From assembly GCA_045643505.1 (NCBI GenBank), contig JAZUKX010000012.1, positions 1 to 42,953 on the forward strand: DNA of 42,953 nucleotides. The letters are read 5' to 3'. The DNA is from Candidatus Absconditabacterales bacterium (GTDB lineage Bacteria > Patescibacteriota > Gracilibacteria > Absconditabacterales > Absconditicoccaceae). Positions 33,596 through 42,180 of the stretch are shown piece by piece (the first letter of the stretch is position 1; every line of letters begins with the position of its first letter). The translations under genes were made by a program, and so were the position numbers. Under the pieces are notes generated by a model. It ran no database searches, was not told the origin of the DNA, and saw only the letters and a list, made by a program, of their open reading frames with translations.

Positions 33596-34378
33596 ATGGC
33601 TTTTGATTTTTTCAATAACTCAAATTTAGCATTTGGTAGTAAACTAACAAAAGTATTTACGATACTAGATAGATTAGCAGAAGATGCTGAAGGTAATGTA
33701 GATCAGATAGCAGCTATTCAATCTGAATTTGAACAATTTTTACACAAGAACTATATCATACCAAAACCTACATCACCACAGTCTCCTTGTAGAACTGATG
33801 AATTATTCCTAGTATGTAGCGGTAAAAAGATATATATTAGATCATTGAAATATGATAATATTGTTAAAGAAGTTGAATTTTCAGCAGTATTATTTAATAA
33901 ATCAACTAATAGATTTACTGTACTAGAAGGAAACTCTGATGTTAAAGAAGGTTTTATAAGATATAAAGAATCAATATCAAATACTAATCCTAAAGGTGAT
34001 GTAGTATTCACTAAAAAGGAAGATGATAAAGATTTTACTACTATATGTGAATATAGAGTAGATGATGATGGTAAATTAAATTTAGTAGGAGATGTCTCTA
34101 AATTAGCTTTAATTCCTTACGATATAAGTCAGTATACAAATATATCAAAAGGTAAAACCTTAGCTACTAATAGCGCTAAATATACATCTGATGATTATCA
34201 AGCTGTATGTATTGTAGGTGTGCCTAATAAAATCATTGTTAATCTTAATGGTAAAAAAGTATTAGGTAATACTCAAGAGCTAAGATTTAATAAGAGACAC
34301 ACAATATTATATTTAAAACCAAAAGATGTTATTACAGGTACTTATTCTACTATTTTTAGAATTAATTATGGATCATAA
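33596..34378 (+). CDS. hypothetical virion-associated protein
   Basis: ORF track; structural block. Confidence 0.7.
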   Translation: MAFDFFNNSNLAFGSKLTKVFTILDRLAEDAEGNVDQIAAIQSEFEQFLHKNYIIPKPTSPQSPCRTDELFLVCSGKKIYIRSLKYDNIVKEVEFSAVLFNKSTNRFTVLEGNSDVKEGFIRYKESISNTNPKGDVVFTKKEDDKDFTTICEYRVDDDGKLNLVGDVSKLALIPYDISQYTNISKGKTLATNSAKYTSDDYQAVCIVGVPNKIIVNLNGKKVLGNTQELRFNKRHTILYLKPKDVITGTYSTIFRINYGS

Positions 34379-34392
34379 TAGGAGTTTATATA

Positions 34393-35208
34393 ATGAGTAA
34401 ATTATTTAAAGGACAAGTTAAAATATCTGATGTTCAAGAAGCATTTGATGAAATAGTAGATAGAGTTAATAATATTATTGATGAATATAATACTCAAGTT
34501 TACGTTAATAATATTGACTATACTTCAGGAAATGCTGCATTAGCGCCTACTGGATATACACTAAGCGTTGGTGGTCTTAAAAAAGTATTGAGTGCTATGA
34601 ATGGATGTGTGTTAGGTGGTAAACCTTTTAAAGTTAGTGATACTAGAGTTAAAATGACTACTGGATTACTTATACTTAATGGATCTATCTATAGATTACC
34701 TGATAGTATTATTAATATTAATAGTAGTACTAAACATATCTATTTTAATCCAGATACTAATACTTACAGCACAGTTAGTGGATTTAAAATCTGTGATATA
34801 AATATAAACAGAGATAGTAGAATGATAGGAAATAACGAATCAATACAAATAGAACAATCTACTAAAAAATATAAAATATTATCTCAAACTAAAGATTATA
34901 CTACAGGACATAAATTTGTTAATTGGGATGGTGGCTTCTATGAAGTATTAGATACTTCAAATAATCCAAAGTTTATAAGTGCTATCAATGCTCAAACTTC
35001 AGAAGGAAGTCAAGTTAGATTATTTAATACTGTAGTAGATGAATACTCTGAAAATAATAGAGATAGAGCTAAACAAGCATTCATACCAATGGTATATTTA
35101 TTTATACCAAAAGGAGTATCTAGTCCTTATACTTACTATCAAAAAGGTAATCAAGTAAGCGTAAGTAAAACAAATCAAAAAGTTTTAAATGTTACAATTG
35201 ATAAATAA
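34393..35208 (+). CDS. hypothetical virion-associated protein
   Basis: ORF track; AGGAG RBS. Confidence 0.7.
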   Translation: MSKLFKGQVKISDVQEAFDEIVDRVNNIIDEYNTQVYVNNIDYTSGNAALAPTGYTLSVGGLKKVLSAMNGCVLGGKPFKVSDTRVKMTTGLLILNGSIYRLPDSIININSSTKHIYFNPDTNTYSTVSGFKICDININRDSRMIGNNESIQIEQSTKKYKILSQTKDYTTGHKFVNWDGGFYEVLDTSNNPKFISAINAQTSEGSQVRLFNTVVDEYSENNRDRAKQAFIPMVYLFIPKGVSSPYTYYQKGNQVSVSKTNQKVLNVTIDK

Positions 35209-35214
35209 TATTTG

Positions 35215-35243
35215 TGCAATTTTTTGATATTATGTGTTATAAT
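35215..35243 (+). promoter_or_regulatory. extended -10 promoter (weak -35 TGCAAT, TGtTATAAT)
   Basis: -10 at 35238-35243 preceded by TGTGT. In the 65-nt gap before gene 35274. Confidence 0.5.
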
Positions 35244-35273
35244 ATTTTTAAGTAAATTAAAAGGAGATTTAAA

Positions 35274-35672
35274 ATGCCGTTTATTGATTACATAGCAGTA
35301 AAAGGAAGAACAACGTCTAAGACTTGTCATATAGACGTAACTGGAGATAATGGTATAAGTTTTCAACCATTAAACCTAAATCCATATTCTATTAGATTTA
35401 GAATATTAGGTTCAGCTACAGCTGATGCGAAAGTTTTAGTTGAACATTTAATTACACAAAATAGTTTAGAGTCCGAAGATGGGGTCATTACCGACCCCTC
35501 TAATGGAGACTTTGTAATAACAGTTACTAAAGAAGATACCAATATTATTGGACTTGGTAATCACCCTATCGAAATAATGATACTTGATGCTGAAACTTTA
35601 GAAGAAGTATATGCATTAACAGAAGGTGGTACTAAAGGCGAGTTCAATAAAGTTCAAGTAGTACAAGTATAA
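35274..35672 (+). CDS. hypothetical small structural protein
   Basis: ORF track; AAAGGAGA RBS; directly upstream of the fibre gene. Confidence 0.7.
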   Translation: MPFIDYIAVKGRTTSKTCHIDVTGDNGISFQPLNLNPYSIRFRILGSATADAKVLVEHLITQNSLESEDGVITDPSNGDFVITVTKEDTNIIGLGNHPIEIMILDAETLEEVYALTEGGTKGEFNKVQVVQV

Positions 35673-35682
35673 AGGAGATATA

Positions 35683-37920
35683 ATGAGCGACTTCAATTGG
35701 TTCTTAAACAAACAAGGTCTAAGAGGTCTCACTGGTGAAAAAGGTGAGCAAGGGTTCAGTCCTATTATCGATGTAATTGAAGATACTATAGAATCTTACA
35801 AATTACGAATAACTACAGAAGATAATGAAATAGAAACCCCTAATTTAAAAGGTTCTGTATCTATCCAAGATCAAGGTGGTACCTATGTGCGATATGATAG
35901 AGAAACAGGTGAGCTTACAGCTAATGAAGCTGATAGAGCTAGCAAAGAATCTTATGGTGTAGTTAGATTATCTAAGATAGAAGATTTAGATGTCGAAGAA
36001 TTACAAGATACTGTAGCTATGTCTGTTGACGTTACTAAGAGTTTAGTTAGTGATTCAATTCACGCAGAAACAGTAGAAAGAATTAATGCTGATGCTTCAA
36101 TCAGACAATCTATTTCTACATTGAGTAATAGTTTACAAAGTACTAATACACGAGTTACTAATATCACTAATGATTTAGCTACTGAAAAACAAGTAAGATT
36201 AGCAGCTGATACTCAACAACAAGCTCAAATTGATGCTGAACGTCAAGAAAGAGAAGTACAAGATGCTTCTTTACAAAATCAACTAAACACTAAATTAACA
36301 GCTGATAATATTAAACAAGGAGAAAATATTACTATTACTAGAGATGGTAATAATATAACTATCAATTCTTCTGGTGGTGGAGGAGCTGGAGATGTAACCG
36401 CAGCTGGTAATAATATCTTTACTGGTACTAATACTTTCACAAACACTATTAATATAGGTGATAGATTTAATCATATTCAATCCTATATAACATACGATAA
36501 TAATACTGGATCAGTAATTTTCTCTGAAATTGGTCCTTTTGCTAATCTTTCTTTAGATACTGTAGGTAGTTTTTACGAAAGAAGATTTATCGGTGGTAGA
36601 GTTGGAGTTAGTCCAGTTTTAGCACAAGCTGACGTAGATAATCAAACCATCAAAGTAGTGGATGGTGTGCTTCATGCAGATTTTTCTGAAATTGGAGATG
36701 AAGTAAATACTTTAGCTGGTAGAATGAATACTGTAGAAAATGAATTAGGTGATTTAACTGAAAGAGTTGATGATCTATCTTTATTCAAATTTCCTAACGC
36801 TACAATTATCGGAACACCTACAATTAATAATGGACAAATATCTAACTTTAGTGCAGCAAATTATTTACAATTCCCATTTGAATTTGAAACTAAAGGTAGA
36901 ACTTGGTTATTAAATGGTTCTTTCCATACTGGAAATGACGTTACTACACAACAAAATATTATTGACAGTTTAGCTTCTGTAGCTTTAGCTGTACGTAGTG
37001 GTCGTTTAGTAATGGCGTTATCTACTAATGGTACTTCATTTGACTTAGGTGAACATATATCTATGAGTGATATAGATCCTAATACAGATTATTATTTCAG
37101 AATATCATTTAGTGGTACTCAATACTTACTAAGTTTATCTACTGATAAAATTGATTTTATGCCAGAGGCGATAGTAACATCATCAAGTCCTATAGCTTCT
37201 AGACCAATGACAATTTCAAGTTCAGGACATCCTTATGGTAGTACAATTAATCTTAATGATTGGAATTTGACAGTTGCTAATACTTTAGTATGGCAAGGTA
37301 TGGACGACGTAGGTATTGCTTCAAGAGTGGATGTAAATGCTACTAACTTTACCGAAACAGGTAAGGAAAATATCAGAGATATTGCTGGAGTAGGACAAAT
37401 AGAAGAAGCATTAGATTTATTGAATGGTGCTGATACTACATTGTTATCAACTAAAGCTGATATATCTTTTAGTAATATTAACGATGATGCTAAACAAGTA
37501 ATTAAAGATGCTGTTAGTCCTGATATCAATGAAAAAACTGATGGGCCTTGGATTGTAAATAATATAGATTTTATTACAGCTAATACTACATTAACAGCAA
37601 ATACTACTACAACATTTGATGTTTCTGATGCTATACCTAACGACGGTCATCAATATACATTAATTATTAATGGCGTAGGACAAACAGGTTCTACTAGTGG
37701 AGATGCCGCTGAAATTATAGTTGGTACAGATTTAAGTGATGGTAACTGTAGACTGGCTAAAGCGCAAACTAGATCTGCATCATCTGTTTATTGGGGAGGT
37801 ACTACAATACTCCCAGTAGGAGAAGGTAGAAGAGTAACGATTAAGCAAAACGGTAGTATGGATGCTGTTTGTAGATTCTTTAGAGTAATTGCTTATAGAC
37901 GATGCGGTTTAAATAGTTAG
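35683..37920 (+). CDS. tail fibre protein (short collagen-like G-X-Y run, coiled-coil shaft)
   Basis: GLRGLTGEKGEQGFSP near the N-terminus, a Q/A/T-rich heptad-like shaft, and a GGGGAG linker. Confidence 0.6.
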   Translation: MSDFNWFLNKQGLRGLTGEKGEQGFSPIIDVIEDTIESYKLRITTEDNEIETPNLKGSVSIQDQGGTYVRYDRETGELTANEADRASKESYGVVRLSKIEDLDVEELQDTVAMSVDVTKSLVSDSIHAETVERINADASIRQSISTLSNSLQSTNTRVTNITNDLATEKQVRLAADTQQQAQIDAERQEREVQDASLQNQLNTKLTADNIKQGENITITRDGNNITINSSGGGGAGDVTAAGNNIFTGTNTFTNTINIGDRFNHIQSYITYDNNTGSVIFSEIGPFANLSLDTVGSFYERRFIGGRVGVSPVLAQADVDNQTIKVVDGVLHADFSEIGDEVNTLAGRMNTVENELGDLTERVDDLSLFKFPNATIIGTPTINNGQISNFSAANYLQFPFEFETKGRTWLLNGSFHTGNDVTTQQNIIDSLASVALAVRSGRLVMALSTNGTSFDLGEHISMSDIDPNTDYYFRISFSGTQYLLSLSTDKIDFMPEAIVTSSSPIASRPMTISSSGHPYGSTINLNDWNLTVANTLVWQGMDDVGIASRVDVNATNFTETGKENIRDIAGVGQIEEALDLLNGADTTLLSTKADISFSNINDDAKQVIKDAVSPDINEKTDGPWIVNNIDFITANTTLTANTTTTFDVSDAIPNDGHQYTLIINGVGQTGSTSGDAAEIIVGTDLSDGNCRLAKAQTRSASSVYWGGTTILPVGEGRRVTIKQNGSMDAVCRFFRVIAYRRCGLNS

Positions 37921-37928
37921 GAGATATT

Positions 37929-38318
37929 ATGTATTATATATTTTTAGAAAATGGAAAATTAAATGGCTGTGGAAAATGCAGACGTCTTGATTGCGAAAAT
38001 ATTGTAGTATCTGAATTTGTATATCTTAGATATATGGAATCACCTAACTACTATATATTCCAAGACGGTGAGATAGTTGTAAATCCTAATTTTGAAAAAG
38101 AAGAAGAAATTAAAGCTAGAATAGCTGAAAATGAAAGATTAAAAGAACAGTTAAATGAATTAGATTTAAAAGCTGTTAGACCTTTAAGGGCAATAATTTC
38201 AGGTGAAGCTACCGATGCTGATAGATCAAGATTAGTAGATTTAGAAAATGAAGCACAGTTAGTAAGAGCTAAGATTATTGAAAATGAAACTATAATTAGT
38301 GGAGGTGCAGATGAGTAA
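37929..38318 (+). CDS. tail-fibre assembly/chaperone-like protein
   Basis: Small protein after the fibre gene. Its C-terminal ...LKAVRPLRAI..G....D..RL.DLENEA..VR pattern resembles fibre-assembly (DUF4376-like) proteins. Confidence 0.4.
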   Translation: MYYIFLENGKLNGCGKCRRLDCENIVVSEFVYLRYMESPNYYIFQDGEIVVNPNFEKEEEIKARIAENERLKEQLNELDLKAVRPLRAIISGEATDADRSRLVDLENEAQLVRAKIIENETIISGGADE

Positions 38319-39087
38319 TATTAATGATAAACTTATTCAATTAGCTGAAACTAAAAGTAACATTAGAGATGCTATTATATCTAAAGGGGTGGAGGTCGAT
38401 ACCTCCCTACCCTTTGGAGAATATGCTAATAAAATAAAAGAAATTTCTAAAGGTGGAGCAAGTAGTTCTGTTAGTGTTGAGCCTGTAAAAATGCTAAATG
38501 CAGAAAAGACAGATAAAGTTATTTTAGATAAAATTACTTATGAAATAACTGGATTAAATAGTAGTACTACCTCTGTCAATCAATATTTGAGAGCTACTTC
38601 TCAAAACGGTTTAGACATTACAGGAAGTTATGACTTTTTCTTTAAATACGATTCCAGTCAATCTTCAACAACTTATTATTATCTTTTTGATTTAATTAAT
38701 GTATTGAGCGATGGTACTTTAGATAAAGGTATAACTGTTCATCACGCTGCATCAAGCGGTACAATTAGATTTATTTTTAATACTAATTATTCAAGCGTAG
38801 AAACTGTTACTATGAGTAATGCAAAATTAACTAAGGGTGATTATGCTAAGATAACAGTTGATACTTCATCTAATACTATAACCTTATCGAAATTAACAGA
38901 AGATGGAGTGTATGTTTCATTACAATCGTATACTCCTACAAAAACTACTTTACCAGAAAAATTAAATTTACTAAGTTTTGGTACACCAGCTGATGATGTT
39001 AAAGCTACAACATCTACTAAATTATGGGCTGACGATGTTAAAATCGAACAAAATGGCAGAGTGGTATATAGTTTATTAACTTATTAA
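38311..39087 (+). CDS. putative second fibre / receptor-binding protein
   Basis: Track GTG start 38299 trimmed to ATG 38311 after GGAGGTG. The N-terminal LIQLAETKSNIRDAIISKGVEV pattern is seen in phage fibre proteins. Confidence 0.35.
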   Translation: MSNINDKLIQLAETKSNIRDAIISKGVEVDTSLPFGEYANKIKEISKGGASSSVSVEPVKMLNAEKTDKVILDKITYEITGLNSSTTSVNQYLRATSQNGLDITGSYDFFFKYDSSQSSTTYYYLFDLINVLSDGTLDKGITVHHAASSGTIRFIFNTNYSSVETVTMSNAKLTKGDYAKITVDTSSNTITLSKLTEDGVYVSLQSYTPTKTTLPEKLNLLSFGTPADDVKATTSTKLWADDVKIEQNGRVVYSLLTY

Positions 39088-39105
39088 AAAGGAGATGTAC
39101 ATTAA

Positions 39106-39663
39106 ATGTTTACAAGAAATTTTATGAAATGCATGTGCACTAGATTGTTTGGAATAAATGGAGATTCAAATATTAAGGCAGTAAATACCATTGGTGATAC
39201 GAGTTCACTACTTAATTCAACAGCATCTTCATGGAATTATTTTTCGGATAGGGCTACATCTTTATTAAATCCAGATATTAGTAGCAGTATAAACGATACA
39301 GAGGTTGCTTATAAATTTATTGTAAAATTTGGAACTGGAAAAACTAAACCTACAATAGATGATATTAATTTAGAAAATATAATTTCATCAGATGACTTAC
39401 AAATAGTTCAGCACTTCGCAGACTCTACTCTTATGGATACAGATCAAATAATCAAGGTGGATAATATTGTGAGTAATCTGACTGACAGAGATATAGCTAT
39501 AAATGAAATAGGAGTATATTCAACATTTTATATAAATATTACTTCTCATGTTACTAACCCTTGTTTATTATGGAGAGAAGTGTTAGATACTCCAATAGTT
39601 GCTAAAGCTAATAAAGATTGTAAAATAACCGTACGTTTAGATTTTTCTAAAATTAATGGATAA
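39106..39663 (+). CDS. putative tail-collar-fibre-like protein
   Basis: FGTGKTKPTIDDINLEN ... INEIGVYS ... pattern is reminiscent of tail-collar fibre domains. Last gene before terminator T5. Confidence 0.3.
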   Translation: MFTRNFMKCMCTRLFGINGDSNIKAVNTIGDTSSLLNSTASSWNYFSDRATSLLNPDISSSINDTEVAYKFIVKFGTGKTKPTIDDINLENIISSDDLQIVQHFADSTLMDTDQIIKVDNIVSNLTDRDIAINEIGVYSTFYINITSHVTNPCLLWREVLDTPIVAKANKDCKITVRLDFSKING

Positions 39664-39679
39664 ATTTTAAAATATTTTA

Positions 39680-39708
39680 TTGAAAAATAATGAGAGATGT
39701 GTTATAAT
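39680..39708 (+). promoter_or_regulatory. extended -10 promoter (TTGAAA-17-TGtTATAAT) embedded in terminator T5
   Basis: -35 at 39680-39685; -10 at 39703-39708, overlapping the left arm and loop of hairpin 39695-39728. Confidence 0.65.
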
Positions 39709-39738
39709 ATTATTAGAGTAACACATCTTTTGTTTTTT
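39695..39738 (+). terminator. intrinsic terminator T5 (AGATGTGTTA ... TAACACATCT + TTTGTTTTTT)
   Basis: Perfect 10-bp stem 39695-39704 / 39719-39728, 14-nt loop, T-rich tail. Confidence 0.7.
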
Positions 39739-39753
39739 AAGGAGGATTCGCCT

Positions 39754-40101
39754 ATGATGATTAGTTTAACAGATTTACTTATGACAATTAATACTTTATT
39801 TATTGTCGGATTATGTATTCATTATTTTAAGAACAATTATAAAATAATGGATATGGAAACTTACAATCAGGTGTGCGATATTTGTGAGGAATACACAGCT
39901 ATGGTTCAGGAATCTGAAGAGCAAGCTGGAGGAGAAGGTGGCTTCTTTAGAGAATATTTAGATGAAGAACCTGAAGAAGATGATGAAGATCTTGAAGAGG
40001 AAGAAGAGGACGTTAAACCTTTAAAAACTACTAAAAAACGAGGTCGAAAAGCTAAGACAGAAGATAAAAAGGTTGCTTCCGATAGGAAGGTAGGATTTTA
40101 A
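39754..40101 (+). CDS. membrane-anchored protein with an acidic then basic tail
   Basis: Track start 39697 lies inside the promoter, so it is trimmed to ATG 39754 after AAGGAGGA. N-terminal TM-like LLMTINTLFIVGLCI. Confidence 0.65.
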   Translation: MMISLTDLLMTINTLFIVGLCIHYFKNNYKIMDMETYNQVCDICEEYTAMVQESEEQAGGEGGFFREYLDEEPEEDDEDLEEEEEDVKPLKTTKKRGRKAKTEDKKVASDRKVGF

Positions 40102-40102
40102 T

Positions 40103-40315
40103 ATGAAATACGTATGTCATATATGTAAAAGATGCGGTCATAGATGGGTTGATAAAGATCTTACTCAAGTAATTACATTTCCTCCTACTTGGAAATTATG
40201 CGAGAAATGTTGTAAAGAATTAGGCATTGATTTTAAAAAACAAAAACCTAAGGGTAAGATAAGAAAAAATTTTAAATCTATTGACGAAAATAATAAAAAG
40301 AAAAACGATTCTTAG
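40103..40315 (+). CDS. zinc-ribbon protein (CHICKRC ... CEKCC)
   Basis: ORF track; two CxxC pairs; basic tail. Confidence 0.7.
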   Translation: MKYVCHICKRCGHRWVDKDLTQVITFPPTWKLCEKCCKELGIDFKKQKPKGKIRKNFKSIDENNKKKNDS

Positions 40316-40326
40316 ATGCTATTGAT

Positions 40327-40356
40327 GGGGTAATTTTAAGAGTTATACATTACCCC
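40327..40356 (+). other. GC-stem hairpin GGGGTAA ... TTACCCC (weak terminator candidate)
   Basis: 7-bp stem with a 16-nt loop in an intergenic gap. Only a weak T-tract follows. Confidence 0.35.
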
Positions 40357-40405
40357 TTATAGTTTAATCCTAAGTTTTATAAAATCAATTTGAGATGCTA
40401 TAAAT

Positions 40406-40753
40406 ATGCAAAATAAACAACTTTCATTATTTGATAATAATAATATAGATGAAGAAGAAATAAAATCTAAAATAAGACGTAGGAGACGTCAAATAATAGT
40501 ACATTCTTGTATATATTATAGATTAGGAGATAATATTATATCTGATTATCAATATGATATGTGGGCAAAAGAACTAGGTAAATTACAACAGGAATATCCT
40601 GAATTAAGCAAACAAGTACCTGATTTTTATGAAGCATTTAAGGATTTTAATGTAGAATGCACATCTGGTTATCAATTGCCAATATATCTACCAGAAGTAA
40701 TTAAGAAAGCAGAACAATTATTAGAATATCATTATAGGAGTAAAAAAGAATAA
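40406..40753 (+). CDS. standalone NAD-dependent DNA ligase (LigA) domain-Ia-like protein
   Basis: VHSCIYYRLGDNIISDYQYDMWAKELGKLQQEYPEL parallels the LigA N-terminus [36 protein letters not shown]. No adenylation domain follows. Confidence 0.5.
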   Translation: MQNKQLSLFDNNNIDEEEIKSKIRRRRRQIIVHSCIYYRLGDNIISDYQYDMWAKELGKLQQEYPELSKQVPDFYEAFKDFNVECTSGYQLPIYLPEVIKKAEQLLEYHYRSKKE

Positions 40754-40754
40754 T

Positions 40755-41105
40755 ATGTATCTATACGCTATAAAAGAATTAAATACTGATTTATTTGTAT
40801 CATATAGTGGTATTAATTATAGTCTAAAGCCGTTAGGCATTTTTACGAATTTTTACAAAACTCGTGAAGCGGCAGCAAGAGCTATCACTATGGATATAGA
40901 TGGGATTATTCATAATCCAATAGCTAGCGATCTAGCTTGGGAAATTTTAGAAAATAAATATAAAAAAGATAGATGGTTTATACCTTTGTCAAAAGAAGAA
41001 TTCAATGAAATAAAAGATAGGTTTGATTTAAAAGTAATTAAATTATATATCGGAGAGTTAGATGAGGGAGACATTCATGCTGAATCAGAAGAAGAAGATG
41101 ACTAA
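40755..41105 (+). CDS. hypothetical protein with acidic C-terminus
   Basis: ORF track. Confidence 0.7.
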   Translation: MYLYAIKELNTDLFVSYSGINYSLKPLGIFTNFYKTREAAARAITMDIDGIIHNPIASDLAWEILENKYKKDRWFIPLSKEEFNEIKDRFDLKVIKLYIGELDEGDIHAESEEEDD

Positions 41106-41316
41106 AAAATATCTAAAAGAATTTGATAAGAATATAGAAGAATTATTTTGGAATCTTGGTACTATACAAATACGTACCTATGATGAGCTTGCAATGATGA
41201 TGGATTTAGAAAATGATGATAGAATAAAGGAAGCATTACATACGCTTGAAAATGAGCGCAAGATAGCAATTATGGCTAAAGGTTTAGAGTTATGGATTGA
41301 TTATATACCGTTCTAG
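41062..41316 (+). CDS. hypothetical protein, possible winged-helix
   Basis: ORF track. Alternative starts are 41077 (after GAGGGAG) or 41098. Overlaps the previous gene. Confidence 0.5.
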   Translation: MRETFMLNQKKKMTKKYLKEFDKNIEELFWNLGTIQIRTYDELAMMMDLENDDRIKEALHTLENERKIAIMAKGLELWIDYIPF

Positions 41317-41331
41317 GAAGTAGGTGAAACA

Positions 41332-41733
41332 ATGAAAAGAAACAATATTATAAGAGTAAATGATAAATATTCTGTATTGGAAATTTATAGAAGAAATGGT
41401 GAATATTATCAAATATTATTAGATAATGATGATGTGGACAAAGTAAAAGATTATGCTTGGTTTGTACGTAATAATAGAGGTTATATAAATTGTTATAGAA
41501 ACCCAGTTAAAGATATTGGAGAAAAAAGTACAATACCTATACAATATAATATATTACCCAAGTTAGAGGATTTAGTTATAGATCATATAAATGGACAAGC
41601 ATTAGATAATAGAAAAGAAAATTTAAGATACTTATCTTGGTCGGATAATGCTAAATTGCAACATAAAAGAGGAAATAAGGTTTGCACGTTTTTTGATTTA
41701 TGTAATAATATATGGTTATTTGAGGAGTTATAG
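41332..41733 (+). CDS. HNH endonuclease
   Basis: VIDHINGQALDNRKENLRYLSWSDN HNH motif. Confidence 0.75.
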   Translation: MKRNNIIRVNDKYSVLEIYRRNGEYYQILLDNDDVDKVKDYAWFVRNNRGYINCYRNPVKDIGEKSTIPIQYNILPKLEDLVIDHINGQALDNRKENLRYLSWSDNAKLQHKRGNKVCTFFDLCNNIWLFEEL

Positions 41734-41734
41734 T

Positions 41735-42064
41735 ATGACTGAACATTTTAAAGCTGTATATGATTTTATGTATATGTCTAATGAGTTTGATAGTCCATTA
41801 CAATTATTATTATATGCAATAATATATTCTTATAAAGGACATAAATGCTACGCTAGTGCGGAAACGCTCGCTAAGATGTGTAAAGTGAAACCAAAAGCTG
41901 TATATACTAATATAGAGAAATTAGAACAAAAAGGTCTAGTCGAAATTAAAAAGAGTGGACAATCAAAACATTCTAAAAGTTTATTTGTAGTATTGCGAAT
42001 ACCTACTGTAGATATAACTGAAAACGAAGATATATATGCAGATTATGAAGATATTGTTTTTTAA
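41735..42064 (+). CDS. winged-helix DNA-binding protein, replication-initiator-like
   Basis: Track ORF 41648 trimmed to ATG 41735 after GAGGAG. YASAETLAKMCKVKPKAVYTNIEKLEQKGLV is HTH/wHTH-like. Iterons start at the next base. Confidence 0.6.
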   Translation: MTEHFKAVYDFMYMSNEFDSPLQLLLYAIIYSYKGHKCYASAETLAKMCKVKPKAVYTNIEKLEQKGLVEIKKSGQSKHSKSLFVVLRIPTVDITENEDIYADYEDIVF

Positions 42065-42130
42065 GGTTGGTCTTTAAGGGTAACCCAGTTGGTCTTAAAA
42101 GGTAACTCGGTTGGTCAAAAAGGGTAACAA
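42065..42130. repeat. three tandem 22-bp iterons (R-GTTGGTC-W5-RGGTAAC), putative origin
   Basis: GGTTGGTCTTTAAGGGTAACCC / AGTTGGTCTTAAAAGGTAACTC / GGTTGGTCAAAAAGGGTAACAA, with an exact 22-nt period. Confidence 0.75.
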
Positions 42131-42180
42131 TTAAATAATATATTAAATAATTTATTATATAATTAGTTATTAACATAAAT

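Noticed and set aside
35683-39663. Diversity-generating retroelement or shufflon acting on the fibre genes.
   Set aside because: There is no reverse transcriptase or invertase gene in the window, and no template/variable repeat pair was noticed near the fibre C-termini.
39697-39753. N-terminal extensions proposed by the ORF track (39697, 41648, 5957, 6408, 38299, 15417, 5428).
   Set aside because: These upstream starts fall inside promoters, terminators or preceding genes and have no RBS. In-frame starts with GGAGG-type RBS exist downstream (39754, 41735, 5981, 6501, 38311, 15435, 5443).
42065-42130. Possible mini-CRISPR array or solitary CRISPR-like repeats.
   Set aside because: The three 22-bp repeats are contiguous with no spacers and sit directly after a wHTH gene. 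That fits iterons, not CRISPR. The AATCATAGATT copies are only 11 nt long and irregularly spaced.
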